Positions 49,371-63,130 are shown, counted from the stretch's first letter. The stretch: DNA of 64,000 nucleotides from Mobula hypostoma (GCF_963921235.1 NC_086106.1:22010001-22074000), one strand, 5' to 3'. The notes: generated from the sequence alone by a model not told the origin. Numbers and translations: made by a program.

Positions 49371-51020
49371 AAGACCAATGGACCATTTCAGGACGAAAAT
49401 AGACGTAACAAACCTGTCATTACCAAGGGGTCAACTTTTGTACTGGTGAGCAGTTCCAAGTCGCAGAGTGTCAAAATATCTAAAGATCTATCTACAAACC
49501 AACATATTGATGCAATTACATGAACGGTCTGACAACTCGCTATATATAATTAAAAGCTTAGAGAAGAATTGAAGTGCTACCAAAGACACACGGCAATTTC
49601 AACAGAGTCATATGAACAGCGTTCTAATAGGTAGCATGGCAGTCTCGACTCCGGAGGCCGTTGCATAGTTTATGGAAAAGCTGCAGAAATACTGCAACAC
49701 AGTCAGTTCCATCATGTGCTTTAAAATCCAGGACATCGAGGAAAAGTAACCTTTCAAAAGTGATACTTCAAAAAAGAAGGCATAGATTATTAAAGACCCT
49801 CGTCACCCAGGACATGCACTCTTCTGAACGTTAACATTACGGAAGACGGACAGGAGGTTTAATACACGAACTCAACGTTTCAAGGACAACTCCTTTCCCT
49901 CGGTAATCTAATTTACGATGGTCAATGAAAACGTTCATGCTATTTGACAATATGTTCTCTATTTTGCATTACGTTATTTAAGACTCATTTAAATATACTT
50001 GCAAATAGTATTTTTTCAGATTTTTAATTATTATCTATTTCAAAATACTGTTGGCACACAAACAAACAAAAAAAAACTATATATGCCAGTGATATTAAAC
50101 TTCTTGCTCGGTGTAATTTGTACAAAATGTAGACTCTGTGACGTATAATGAGCGCCTAAGCAGAAACTATACCGACCTGGGTAGAAAGCTGTAGTGCTTG
50201 ACTTTTACATTTTGCTATCTCTAGACCACTCTGCCCGTGCTAGGCACCATTGAAGATAATAGCGGTATAACTTGGCAATTGAATGATAGCCGAACATTCG
50301 TCGGAGTGGATGTATTTTGTGATTTCTGATTAGTACGATCTTTTCAGGATAAGCAATGTCGTTTCTGATAGGAACGGGTAGCAATTGAAGTGGTGGGATC
50401 AATCGTTTTCTTGAGAATAGTAGACTTTGTCAATAACTTAACCTTCTGCGTAATAATGGGGCAGGGAACCTCCATAACCCACATTTCCAATACCATCTTA
50501 TTGATTACAACACCTGACCTCGAAAGGATTTGTACAGGCATTGCCGCTGGGGTTCAACTACTTTTCAAATTACATGTACGTAATATTGGATAATTTTCGC
50601 AATGAATAAATGAACAAGTATGTTGTGTTTTGTGTTTGGGACTTACATGAAGATCTGATCACATTTATGTCTAATGACGCAGAAATAGTGAAATTCTGCA
50701 GAGTTCACAAGCTCACTCGCACCACTCTATCTATAATGATATCAGACCTTAATCAGGCTCATTCTTTGTTTACTATAAACGAGACGTTAATTAGCTATCA
50801 GGTGAGGCTGAAGTAAATTCCTACGATAGTTGACCTAAACTTGCTTCAAATTGCTTTCGGGCGTGTTACAATAGACCAATACTCTTAACATCCGAAAAGT
50901 CTATATATACATTTAACAGAGGAAAATAGGAATTAGCCACTGCAATTCCACGTTAATGGCTGGAAGCTTGTGGTAAAGACACCGAAACAAACAGCAGCTG
51001 TGCCTCAAACACCGTTCTGC

Positions 51021-51059
51021 AGTTTTTGTACGAGGATAGAATCTGTTTCCACCACTGTG
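51021..51059 (-). other. 23-bp-spacer recombination signal sequence (V-RSS)
   Basis: Minus strand: CACAGTG (51059-51053), spacer gtggaaacagattctatcctcgt (23 nt), ACAAAAACT (51029-51021). It abuts the V coding end. Confidence 0.97.
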
Positions 51060-51361
51060 AGTAACAGCACAATAATAAGTTGCCATATCATACAACCGCA
51101 TCGCCGGAATTGTCAAACGATACTCCATTTGGCTCTCCTGGACAACATCAGCGAACCGGCCTTTGGCAAAATCCGCCTGAATGTCGTTGTCACCACGTGT
51201 GTTTCGCCGAGCCACAAACTCGATCTGTTCACCAAGGTTTTGGCGATACCAAAATAAGTAATTAGCATCACTGGTGTAGGTGCACGTGAAGGTAATGCGT
51301 TCGCCCTCAGTCCCGGTGAGTGAGGATTCCCGCTGAGTCACTGAAACGCCATCACTCAGAT
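51060..51361 (-). CDS. TRDV: TCR alpha/delta-type V exon (open, apparently functional)
   Basis: Acceptor ttctctctgtttctag, then (D)LSDGVSVTQRESSLTGTEGERITFTCTYTSDANYLFWYRQNLGEQIEFVARRNTRGDNDIQADFAKGRFADVVQESQMEYRLTIPAMRLYDMATYYCAVT. Both Cys, WYRQ and D.ATYYC are present. The ADFAxGRF motif resembles chondrichthyan TRD/TRA V. TRAV versus TRDV cannot be settled from sequence alone. Confidence 0.93.
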
Positions 51362-51925
51362 CTAGAAACAGAGAGAATTAGTATTTCATATTCAAAACCA
51401 ATTAGCTACACACAGCGTGGTTGTTAACATAAAATAATATCAACATAGTAGAGAATTGTACGGTGTGTTGTCTGCCTACTGAAACTTTCACGACACTTCT
51501 TCTCTTCAAATTTAGATCCCTCAAGTTCTTGTTTTCATTTATTCTTGTAATTCTCATCCAGTACTTCCGATGATGCAGCATATGCATCTGTATCATTATT
51601 AGATGACGAAATGTCAACTGTCAACTTTGAATCAGCAATGAACATAAATCTAATGTTTTAGTTTATCTGGAGTCAGCCATACAAATATAGATGCAGTCTT
51701 TCGAACTCTATTCTTTTTTGAATAGAAAACGAATATAGACTCTACTTTCTACTTTCTTATGAAGAAATATGCAAACCGAAGTCCCCGTGCTGACCGTTAA
51801 AATCTCAAGCATTCAGTTTATACATGCATTATCTTAATTTCATGTATGACTCTAAAAGTCTAAAACCGTTCGATTCGATGCATCCGAATAATTTAGTTAC
51901 CATTAAACACGGTTTTTCTGCTTAC

Positions 51926-51971
51926 CAATGATCAATGAAACCCACAACGCAACGAGTGAATGGTGTCGCAT
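51926..51971 (-). CDS. TRDV: Leader exon of the TCR V gene
   Basis: ATG CGA CAC CAT TCA CTC GTT GCG TTG TGG GTT TCA TTG ATC ATT G then gtaagc. 46 nt, phase 1, joins in frame to the V exon over a 564-nt intron (MRHHSLVALWVSLIIDLSDG-VSVTQ). Confidence 0.85.
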
Positions 51972-52057
51972 TTTCTACGACAAAAATGGCGACACTTCTG
52001 AGCTTTAGGGGCCAGTGTGACATGGATGAAATAGAGAGGGAAGCGCCGACTGGGTAC

Positions 52058-52072
52058 TAATGCGTCATTTCC
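52058..52072 (-). promoter_or_regulatory. CRE-like motif (ggaaaTGACGcatt) about 95 nt upstream of the V leader ATG
   Basis: TGACG half-site at the position where TCR V promoters commonly carry a CRE/ATF element. Function is inferred only. Confidence 0.5.
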
Positions 52073-52984
52073 TGAAGAGCTGAGAGCTGTACTTATTTTT
52101 ATAACTTGGTTTGTTGCGGCATGTGTGCCGACGCGATAGCGAAACTTATTCTGATTTCATCGACTTCAAACAGTAGGTTGGTGTTTTAAAATGCAAAATG
52201 TCAAAAGAAAGCACGAAATGTTTGTGTTAGATATCTGAGAATACCAGAAATCCAGAAATGGCTTCGATTTTTCTGCTTTTTTAATTGACACTTAGATATA
52301 TATTATTTTATTTTAAATTAATACCATTCTTATGAAAAAAATAGAATAATTATTGTAATGATTATACATAAATATGGCTGATCTGGGATCCCACTCAATC
52401 CCACACACCAGACTTGTCTCCGTATTAGGTTATACCCTGGCCAATCAGGAAACTGCCAATTTCCGATTTAAATATGTCCACAGTCTTCACCACCACAGTC
52501 TGTAGCAGAGATTTCCGAAGATTCAGTACCGTGTGGGCAAAAAAAAAAATCTTCCTTTCTTGTACCCCAAAAGGCCACCCTTAATTCTGAGGCAAGTTAG
52601 TAAACATGCACTCCACAGCCATCTTATTAGTCTATTCAATATACCATATCGGTTTAAATTATAATTTGTGGCAATCTGACTCTAACACTGGATGAGGCTT
52701 GAACTTATAGAGAGGTATAACTTATTTCATGGGTTTTTATTTTAGAGCATGATTTTGGTAAAGTATATTTGAGATTTGATTGTGTCGATGCACGCCGTCA
52801 GTTTTGATTTATATTGCAGCAGATTTCTGTAATGTATTGGTTTGTTCTTTCCCTAAGCATTTTCTACATGTTTATATATGTATATATATTCCGAGATAAT
52901 CAATATATGTCAATTTCACCATACAGGAAGGCACACCAGGAGAACCGGATAGAGTGACCCCAATATGCTCACTGTTCAAGTGTC

Positions 52985-53265
52985 GCCTAACCTGGAAGGA
53001 TTGTTTGGGGCACTGAATAATTGAAAGGGAGGAAGCATAAAGGCAAATGTAACACTTGCTCCACCTCTGCCAATAAATGCCAGAAGCTAGGCCAGTTGGG
53101 GGCGGGTGGGTTGTTACTAATGCGCAAGTGAATTACTTTGGGAGTGATCCATACGGAAAGCAGTAAGCGAGGAGGGGTGGGAGATGTGATGTGTTTGATG
53201 GTGGGGTCCCGTTGAAGATGGCATAAGTTCCGGATAATTCCGGAGAACAGAAAAAGAGCTATTAT
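52985..53265 (-). mobile_element. Decayed Penelope fragment
   Basis: IIRNLCHLQRDPTIKHI (52987-53352) matches ILRNFRHLQRDPTTKHIF of the main element. Confidence 0.75.
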
Positions 53266-53749
53266 AATATGAAGCAGAACAGCACGATGTGTAGAAGTGA
53301 TGGGTGAATATGATACATAAACGTATCTGAAATACCTGCAAGTAAGGATCACAGAATATAGTCCGACAAAGGAAAAGCTATTGGCAGAATTTACTTCAAG
53401 GCATAAGAAAAAAAAAACTATTATACAGGGCTCAATAGTACAGCATTATTTCAAACGAAGTAAATACTCAAGCTATCCGTATTGACGTATTATTTTGGCA
53501 TCATATCTTTATCAAAAAGCAAATTATAAAACTAACAAAAGAAAAGAGAACTGAAGTTGCATATGTCAGAAAACAATATGTGCGCTGCAACGCACTAAGA
53601 TTAACACGACAAAAAGAAAAAAAAAACAGAAGGCGGAAGTGGAATAACAGATGTTCTAATTCTATGCCAGAGTCACATAAAACAGTATATATTTTCATTA
53701 AAGAAAACAGGATTTAGCATACCGTTCGAGTGCATGCAATTCTGAATAT

Positions 53750-53990
53750 AGGCCACAGCACTAAATTCAACTGAGAGATTAAAAATTCAAAGATGAAAGA
53801 ATACCATCCAGCTGATAAGAATTATCTTCCAAGAAAGACATCGCCATAGCCCGAACACACTAGATGTCAATGAGAAAGCGTCAAACACCAGGTGCAAACT
53901 TGAAGATCTCTTCTCCAAAAAAGAAGGCTTCCTTATGGCAATAGAGGACCAGCTGTTGACCACACACAGTCATATATAAGTAGAATGTAG
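53750..53990 (+). mobile_element. R4/Dong-like (RLE-type) non-LTR retrotransposon remnant
   Basis: DVNEKASNTRCKLEDLFSKKEGFLMAIEDQLLTT resembles the VD..ASN.WL..G.L..ETEGFI.AIQDQVI.T motif as I recall it for this group. Confidence 0.5.
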
Positions 53991-54119
53991 AAACTGCTAA
54001 ATGAAAGAACAACGCAACACATTAGGAGCATAGAAATATAGAAAACCTACTGCGCAATACAGGCACATCTGCCCTTAAAGCTGTACCGAACATGTCCTTA
54101 CCTGAGAAATTGCCTCGGT

Positions 54120-57100
54120 TTACCCTGGTGCCAGGGTCCGGGATAGTTTTGATCGCGTCCAATATATCCTGAAGTGGGAGGGTGTAGAGCCAGAGGTCGT
54201 GGTACCTATAGGTACCAATAACATAGGTAGAAAAAGGGAAGATGTCCTGAAAGGAGAATATAGAGTGTTAAGAAGAGAGTTGCGAAAAAAGACCGCAAAG
54301 GTAGTATTCTCGGGATTACTGCCTGTGCCACGCGACAGTGAGAGTAGGAATGCAATGAGGTGGAGGATAAATGCGCGGCTGAGGGATTGGAGCAGGGGGC
54401 AGGGATTCAAGTTTTTTTGGATCATTGGGACCTCTTTTGGCGCAGGTACGACCAGTTCAAAAAGGACCGGTTACAATTAATTCCGAGGGGGGGCAATACA
54501 CTGGCGGGGAGATTTGCGATTGCTACTGAGGTGACTTTAAACTAGAATGGTTCTGGGGGGGATCAAATTAAAGAGACTAGGAGAGAGCAGGTTAGTTCAC
54601 AGCAGGGGGATGGGAACAAGTACAGAGAGACAGAGGGATGTAAAATGAGGGTAGAAACAAAAAGTAGTGAGATGAAAAGTAAAAGTGGCAGGCCGGCAAA
54701 TCCAGGGTAAAAATCAAAAAGGGCCACTTTTCAACATAATTGTATAAGGGCTAAGAGTGTTGTAAAAGCGAGCTGAATGCTTTGTGTGTCAATGCAAGGA
54801 ATGTTCGTAACAAGGTGGATGAATTAAAAGTGCAGATTGTTATTAATGAATATGATATAGTTGGGATCACAGAGACATGGCTCCAGGGGGACCAGGGATG
54901 GGAGCTCAACATTCAGGGATATTCAATATTCGGGACGGATGGACATGAAAGAAACGGAGGTGGGGTAGCATTGCTGGTTAGAGAGGAGATTAATGCAATA
55001 GAAAGGAAGGACATTAGCCGGGACGATGTGGAGTCGATATGGGTAGAACTGCATAACACTAAGGGGCAGAAAACGCTGGTTAAAGTTGTGTACAGGCCAC
55101 CTAACAGTAGTAGTGAGGTTGGGGATGGTATTAAACAGGAAATTAGAAATGTTTTCAATAAAGGAACAGCAGTTATAATGGGTGACTTCAATCTGCATAT
55201 AGATTGGGTGAACAACATTGGTAAGGGTGCTGAGGAAGAGGATTTCTTGGAACTGTATACGTGATATTTTTTTTTAAACAACTTGTCGAGGAACCAACTA
55301 GAGAGCAGGCTATTCTAGACTGGGTATTGAGCAATGAGGAAGAGTTAATTAGCAATCTTGTTGTGAGAGGCCCCTTGGGTAAGAGTGACCATAATATGGT
55401 GGAATTATTTATTAATAAGGAGAGTGACATAGGTAATTCAGAAACAAAGGTTCTGAACTTAAAGAAGGGTAACTTTGAAGGCATGAGACGTGAATTAGCT
55501 AAGATAGACTGACAAATGACACTTAAAGGCTTGACGGTGGATATGCAATGGCAAGCATTTAAAGATCGCATGGATGGACTACAACAATTATTCATGCCAG
55601 TTTGGCAAACGAATAAATCACGGAAGGTAGTGCACCCGTGGCTGACAAGGAAAATTAGGGATAGTATCAATTCCAAAGAAACAGCATGCAAATTAGCCAT
55701 AAAAAAAGTGGCTCACCTGAGGACTGGGAGAAAATCAGAGTCCAGCAGAGGAGGAGAAAGGGCTTAATTAGGAAGGGGAAAAATATGAGACAAAACTGGC
55801 AGGGAACAAAAAAAAAAAGACTATAAAAGCTTTTATAGATATGTGAAAAGAAAAAGATTGGTTAAGACAAATGTAGGTCCCCTACAGACAGAAACAGGTG
55901 AATTGATTATGGGGCGCAAGGACATGGAAGACCAATTGAATAACTACTTTGGTTCTATTTTCACTAAGTAGGACATAAATAATCTTCCGGAAATAGTAGG
56001 AGACAGAGGGTCCAGTGAGGTGGAGGAACTGTGGGAAATACTTGTGAGCAGGGAAGTGGTGTTAGGTAAATTAAACGGATTAAAGGCAGATAAATCCCCA
56101 GGGCCAGATGGTCTGCATCCCAGAGTGCTTAAGGAAGTAGCCCAAGAAATAATGGATGCATTAGTGATATTCATTCAAAACTCTTTAGATTCTGGAGTAG
56201 TTTCTGAGGATTGGAGGGTGGCTAATGTAACCCCACTTTTTAAAACTGAGGGAGAGAAAAACCGGGGAATTATAGACCGGTTAGCCCGACAGCAGTGGTA
56301 GGGAAATGCTAAAGTCAGTTATCAAAGATGTGAAAACAGCACAATTGGAAAGCGGTGAAATCATCAAACAAGCCAGCATGGATTTGTGAAAGGAATATCA
56401 CGTCTGAGGAATCCCATATAATTTTTTGAGGATGTAACTAGTAGACTGGATAGATGGAGAACCAGTGGATGTGGTATATATTTGGATTTTCAAAAGGGTT
56501 TTGACAAGGTCCCACTCAGGAGATTAGTGTGTAAACTTAAAGCACACGGTATTGGGGCTACGGTATTGATGTGGATAGAGAATTGGTTGGCAGACAGGAA
56601 GCAAAGAGTGGGAATAAACGGGACCTTTCCAGAATGGCAGGCAGTGACTAGTGGGGTACCTCAAGGCTCAGTGCTGGGACCCCAGTTGTTTACAATATAT
56701 ATTTATTACCTAGATGAGGGATTTAAATGCAGCATCTCCATGTTTACGAATGACACAAAGCAGGGCAGCAGTGTTAGCTGTGAAGAGGATGCTAAGAGTA
56801 TGCAGGGTGACTTGTATAGGTTAGGTGAGTGGGCAAATTCATGACAGATGAAATTTAATGTGGATAAGTGTGAAGTTATCCACTTTGGTGGCAAACATAG
56901 GAAAACAGATTATTATCTGAATGGTGGCCGATTAGGAAAAGAGGAGGTGCAACGAGACCTGGGTGTCATTATACACCAGTCATTGAAAGTGGGTATGCAG
57001 GTACAGCAGGCGGTGAAAAAGGCGAATGGTATGCTGGCATTCATAGCAAGAGGATTCGAGTACAGGAGCAGGGAGGTACTACTGCAGTTATGAAAGGCCT

Positions 57101-57668
57101 TGGTGAGACCACACCTGGAGATTGTGCGCAGTTTTGGTCCCCTAATATGAGGAGAAACATCCTTGCCATAGAGAGAGTACAAAGAAGGTTCACCATATTG
57201 ATTTCTGGGATGTCAGGACTTTCATATGATGAAAGACTGGATCGACTAGGCTTATACACGTTAGAATTTAGAAGATTGCGGGGAATCTTATTGAAACATA
57301 CAAAATCCTAAAAGGATTGAACAGGCTAGATGCACGAAGATTGTTCCTGATGTTGGGGAAGTCCAGCACGAGGAGTCACAGTTTGAGAATAAAGGGGAAG
57401 CCTTTTAGGACCAAGATTAGGAAAAATTTCTTCACACATGGAGTGGTCAATCTGTGGAATTCTTTGCCACAGGAAACAGTTGAGACTAGTTCATCGGCTA
57501 TATTTAAGAGGGAGTTAGATATGGCCCTTGTGGCTAAAAGGATCGGGGGTTATGGGTGTAAGGCTGGTTCAGGGTTCTGAGTTGGATGATCAGCCATGAT
57601 CGTACTGAATGGTGGTGCAGGCTCGAAGGGCCGAATGGCCTACTCCTGCACCTATTTTCTATGTTTCT
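54120..57668 (+). mobile_element. CR1 LINE: ORF1 esterase C-terminus plus essentially complete but disrupted ORF2 and 3' tail
   Basis: VPIGTNNIGRKR (54199); EN CVNARNVRNKVDEL...GITETWL...IMGDFNLHIDW (54782-55264); RT MDFQKGFDKV...VPQGSVLGPQLF (56482-56844); tail ctattttctatgtttctac at 57652-57670. Confidence 0.92.
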
Positions 57669-57669
57669 A

Positions 57670-59225
57670 CGTTTACCCATAGCCCTCTATTTTTCTCAGC
57701 TCAAAATACCGGTCCAGGAGTATCTTAAATGACCCAATCGTATCTGCCTCCACCACCAGCGCCACCAGCCCATTCCACGTACTCACCACTCTTTGGGTAT
57801 TAAACGTACCACTGATATCTCCTCTGTACTTACATCCAAGTACCTTAAAATTTTGCACTTTCGTGCTAGCCATTTCAGCTCTGGGCAAAAGCCATTGTCT
57901 ATCCACCGATAATTACCTTTCATCATCTTATACACATCTATCAGGTCAGTTCTCATGCTCCGTTGCTCCTAGGGGAAAAAAAAAAGGCCGACCTCACTCA
58001 AATTATTCTCATAAACCATGCACCCTAATCAGGCCACATCCCTGCAAATCTCCTCTGCACATTTTTTCCGGCTTCCACGTCCTTCCTATGCAGAGGTCAA
58101 CAGAACTGAGCGTAGTACCGTTAGTGAGCTCTGCAGAGGGTTCTATACAGCTCCAACATTGCCTCTTGGCTACTAAACTTGACCCCACGATTGATGAAGG
58201 CCAATGCACCGCATGCTTTCTTAACCACATCGTTAACTGCGCAACAGCCTTGAATGTCCTATGGACCAGCACCAAGAGATACCTCTGATCTTCCACACAG
58301 CTAAGACTGATATTATTGATACTGTATTCTGTCATCGTATTTCAGCTATCAAAATGAATCATTTCACACTTCTCTGGGTTGAACTCCAGCTGCCTCTTTC
58401 AGCACATTTATGCATCCTATCAATGTCCTACTGTAACAACTGACAACCCTCCACACTATCTACAGCACTTCCATCCTTTGTGTCACCAGCGCATTTACTA
58501 GCCCATCCCTACACTTCTTCATCCAGATCATTTGTAAAAATCACGAAGAGTAGCGGTCCCAGAAAAGAGCCTTGAGGCACACCGCTGGTGACCGAATTAC
58601 GTACCAAATATACCCTGTTTACAACTATACTTTGCCTTCTGTGGGCAAGCCAGTTCTGGATGCACTAAGCATTTCCCCTTGGATATCATGCCTCCTTAGA
58701 TCTTCATTAAGCCTTGCATGGGGTACCTTCTGAAATGCCTCGCTGAAATCCATATACACTACATTTACCGGTCTTATCCTCAACTAATTCAATCAGAACG
58801 AAAGGCATAAGCTGCATTTCACACAGCCATGCTGACTAATCCAAATGCTATTATGCCTCTCCAAATGTACATCAATTCTGACTTTCAGGATCTTCTCCAT
58901 CAACTTAACAACTACAGAATTAAGACTCACTGTTCTATAATTTCCACGGCTATTCTACTCCCGTTCCCGAGTAACTGAACGACATTCGCTGGCGTCCAAT
59001 TCTACGGAACCTCTCCCGTCCCCACTAATGATGCAAAGATCATCGTCAGATGCTCAGCAATCTCCTCTATCGCCTCCCACATTAGCCTGTGGTACACTTC
59101 ATCCGGTCCCCTGACTTATCACACTTGATTCTTTCCAAAAGCTCCAGTACATTGTCCTTCCTAATATCTACATGCTCAAGCTTTTTAGTCCGCTCCAAGT
59201 TATCCCAACAATCGTGAATAGAAAA
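57670..59225 (-). mobile_element. Decayed CR1 RT and 3' fragment
   Basis: YSINNISLSCVEDQRYLLVLVHRTFKAVAQ (58009-58335) and STKVQNFKVLGCKYRGDISGTFNTQRVVSTWNGL (57673-57906). Confidence 0.8.
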
Positions 59226-59230
59226 AAAAA

Positions 59231-61790
59231 CATAGAAAACCATAGAAACTACAGCACAGAAACAGGCCTTTTGGCCCTTCTTGGCTGTGCCGAACCATTT
59301 TCTGCCTAGTCCCAATGACCTGTGCACGGACCATATCCCTCCATACACCTCCCATCCATGTATCTGTCCAATCTACCTGTGACGCCACTTTAAGGGAATT
59401 TCGTATCTATATTCCCAGATCCCTCTGTTCTACTGCACTCCTCAGTGCCTTACCATTAACCCTGTATGTTCTACTTTGGTTTGTCCTTCCAACGTGCAAT
59501 ACCTCACACTTGTGAGTATTAAACTCCATCTGCCATTTTTCAGCCCATTTTTCCAGCTGGTCCATGCCCCTCTGCAGGCTCTGAAAACGTTCCTCACTGT
59601 CTACTACACCTCCAATCTTTGTATCATCAGCAACCTTGCTGATCCAATTTACCATATTATCATCCAGATCATTGATATAGATGACAAACAACAGTGGACC
59701 CAGCACTGATCCCTGTGGCACACCACTAGTCACAGGCCTCCACTCAGAGAAGCAATTCTGTACCACCACGTTCTGGCTTTTCCCATCGAGCCAATGTCTA
59801 ATCCAATTTATCACCTCTCCAGGTATACCTAGCGACTGAATTTTCCTAACTAACCTCTCATGCAGGACCTTGTCAAAGGCCTTACTGAAGTCCATGTAGA
59901 CAATATCCACTGCCCTCCCTTCATCCACTTTTTGGTAACCTCCTCGAAAACTCCAATAGATTGGTCAAACATGACCTACCACGCACAAAGCCATGTTGAC
60001 TATCCCTAATAAGTTCCTGTCTATCCAAATGCTTGTAGATTCTGTCTCTTAGTACTCCCTCCAACAACTTCCCTACTACCGACGTTAAACTTACTGGCCT
60101 ATAATTTCCCGGATTACTTTTCGATCCTTTTTTAAACAATGGAACAACATGAGCCACTCTCCAATCCTCCGGCACCTCACCTGTAGACAGCGAAATTTTA
60201 AATATTTCAGCCAGGGCCCCTGCAATTTCAACACTGGTCTCCTTCAAGGTCCGAGGGAACACCCTGTCGGGTCCCGGGGATGTATCCACTTTAATGTTCC
60301 TCAAGACAGCAAGGACATCCTCCTTTTCTATCTGTACAGTTCCCATGATTTTACTACTTGTTTCCCTTAATTCCATAGACTTCATTCCAGTTTCCTTAGT
60401 AAAAACAGACGCAAAAAAAATATAATAGAAAAAAAAACTATTTATGATCTCACCCATTTCCTTTGGTTCCGCTCATAGCCGACCACTCTGATCTTCAAGA
60501 GGACCAATTTTATCCCTTACAATCCTTTTGCTCTTAATATACCTGTAAAAGCTCTTTAGATTATTCTTCACTTTGACTGCCAAGGCAACCTCACGTCTTC
60601 TTTTAGCCCTCCTGATTTCTTTCTTAAGTATTTTCTTGCACTTCTTATACCTCTCAAGCACCTTATTTACTCCCTGCTTCTTATACACGTAATACAATTC
60701 CCTTTCCTTCTTTATCAGAGTTGCAATATCCCTTTAGAACCTCGGTTCCTTATTCCTATTCACCTTGCCTTTAATCCTGACAGGAACATACAAATTCTGC
60801 ACTCTCAAAATTTCTGCTTTGAAGTCTTTCCACCTACCGATCACATCCATGCCAGAGAACAGCCTGTCCCAATCCACGCTTTTTAGATTATTTCTCATTT
60901 CTTCAAATCTGGCCTTCTTCCACTTAAGAACCTCAACCCTAGGACCAGATCTATATTTGTCCATGATCAAGTTGAAACTAATGGTGTTATGATCACTGGA
61001 ACCAACGTGCTCCCCTACACAGACTTCTGTCACTTGTCCTAACTCGTTTCCTAACAGGATATCCAATATTGCATCTCCTCTGGTTGGTCCCTCTATATAT
61101 TGATTTAGAAAACGTTCCTGAAATCATTTTACAAACTCTAAACCATCTAGACCCCTAACAGTATGGAGACCCAATCAATATATGGGTAATTAACATCCCC
61201 TACCACCACAACTTTATGTTTCCTGCAGTTGCTGCTATCTCTCTGAGATTTGCATTTCCAATTCTCTTTCACTGTTGGCTGGTCTGTAACATAATCCCAC
61301 TAATGTGGCCATACCTTTCCTGTTTCTCAGCTCCACCCACAAGGACTCATTAGACAAGCCCTCTAATGTGTCCTGTCTGAGCACTGCTGTAATATTTTCC
61401 CTAACAAGCAATGCCACTCCCCCAGCTTTCATTCCTCTGCCTCGATCGCATCTGAAACATCGGAACCCTGGAATATTAAGCTGCCGGTCCTGCCCCTCCT
61501 GTAGCCAAGTTTCACTAATTGCTACAACGTCATAATTGCACGTGTTAATCCACGCACTGAACTCATCCGCCTTCCCCGCAATACTCCTAGCATTGAAATA
61601 TATACACTTCAGAAGATTTTTACCACCACTCACAACTTTTCTATTAGCGTATTTGCTTGAACTTTTAACATCATTTATTTTCACCCCAGCCACACGGTCA
61701 GCTCTGGCACTTTGGTTCCCATCCCCCTGCAAATCTAGTTTAAAGCTCCCTCCCCCCAACAGCGTTAACAAACCTGCACTGAAGCAAAGT
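59231..61790 (-). mobile_element. Relatively young CR1 LINE, sister copy of 46544-49290, with an internal deletion of about 520 bp
   Basis: EN LKCIYFNARSIAGKADE...VAISETWL (61235-61771). RT ORFs 59921-60457 and 59407-59928. The 3' end catagaaactacagcacagaaacaggccttttggccc is shared with 46544. Confidence 0.92.
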
Positions 61791-63130
61791 ACTCAGAAGT
61801 ACCTCTGCTCCCGTCTCTGTTTCCATACAGACGTTTTAATTGACACTCTTTATTGGCCCTATTCTCTCACGTCTTTTCATCTTACTCTTCGCATGCTTGC
61901 ATAATGCCTTGGGGTTTTCCTTAATCCTGTCCTTAATCATGGCCCCTACTGGCTCTCCTAATTTCTTTCTGGAGATCCTTCTTGCAAGCCTTATAACCTT
62001 CTGGCTCTCTATAGATACCTCCCTTTTTTGAATCTTTCATAAGCTCTTCCTTTCTTCCTGAATAGATTTACAAAAGCTTTTGTACACCACTGTTCCTGTA
62101 CCCTACCATCCTTTGCCTGTCTCATTGGAACGTACATATGCAGAATTCCACGCAAATATCCCATGAATCTTTGCCAGATTTCTTCCGTCCATTTCCCTGA
62201 GAACTTCTGTTTCCATTTTTTTCTCCAATTTTGCGCCTGATAGCCTCATATTTCCCCTTACTCCAATTAAACACTTTCCAAACTTGTCTGTTCGGATTAC
62301 CCCTCCACTGCTATGGTAAAGGAGATAGAGCTGTGATCACTATCTCCAAACTGCTCCTTCACTCAGAGATATGACACCTGACCAGGTACATTTTCCAATA
62401 CCAGATCAAGCACAGCCTTGCCTTCTGCAGGCGTATTTAAATATGGTGTCCACAAACCCCCCTGAACACACCTAACAAACTCCACCCCATCCAAACCCCG
62501 CGCTCATGCCGATCGATATATGGGAAATTAAAATCTCCCACCAATAAACCTCTGTTTTTATTACAACTTTCCAGAATCTGTCTCCCTATCTGCTCCTGGA
62601 TGCCCATGCTGCTGCTGGGTGGTCTATAAAAACACCGAGCCAGGCTTTCGAAGTTTCCATGCCTCCCCCTGCGTCATCGAACTCTCCGTTATGGCCACAA
62701 CACCTTTGCTCCAAGTGCTGATCGACGCCCTAAGCTCATGCGCATTGTTTCTAATACTCCTTGCATTAAAATGGACACACCTCAAACCATCCGTCTGAGC
62801 GCAACCCTTCTCTATCACCTGCCTATCCTCCTCTCGCATTGTCTACAAATTATCTCTATTTGTAAGCGAACCGGCTCTTCCTCCGTCTCTGCAGTTTGGC
62901 TCTCAACCCCTATTTGAAGGTCATCGAGCTGCATCTCCAGTTCCCTAACACAGTCCTTAAGGAGCTGCAGCTCGACGCACCTGCCGCAAGGGTGGCCGTC
63001 CGGGAGACGGAGAGTCTCCCGGGCCTTCCACATCTGACACAAAGCACAGAAATCAAACACATTATAGGATCCTACAGCAATATAACTCAATGTGGCTACT
63101 TGCATAGACACCATCAAATGCCAGACATCA
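61790..63130 (-). mobile_element. Decayed CR1 5' part (ORF1 zinc finger and endonuclease fragments)
   Basis: CALCQMWKARETLRLPDGHPCGRCVELQLLKDCVRELEMQLDDL (62815-63138) and LRCVHFNARSIRN (62624-62839). Confidence 0.75.

Noticed and set aside
50223-50330. TTLPVLGTIEDNSGITWQLNDSRTF, a vaguely Ig-like frame 700 bp downstream of the V RSS
   Set aside because: Closed by stops, with no Cys pair, no RSS and no donor site.
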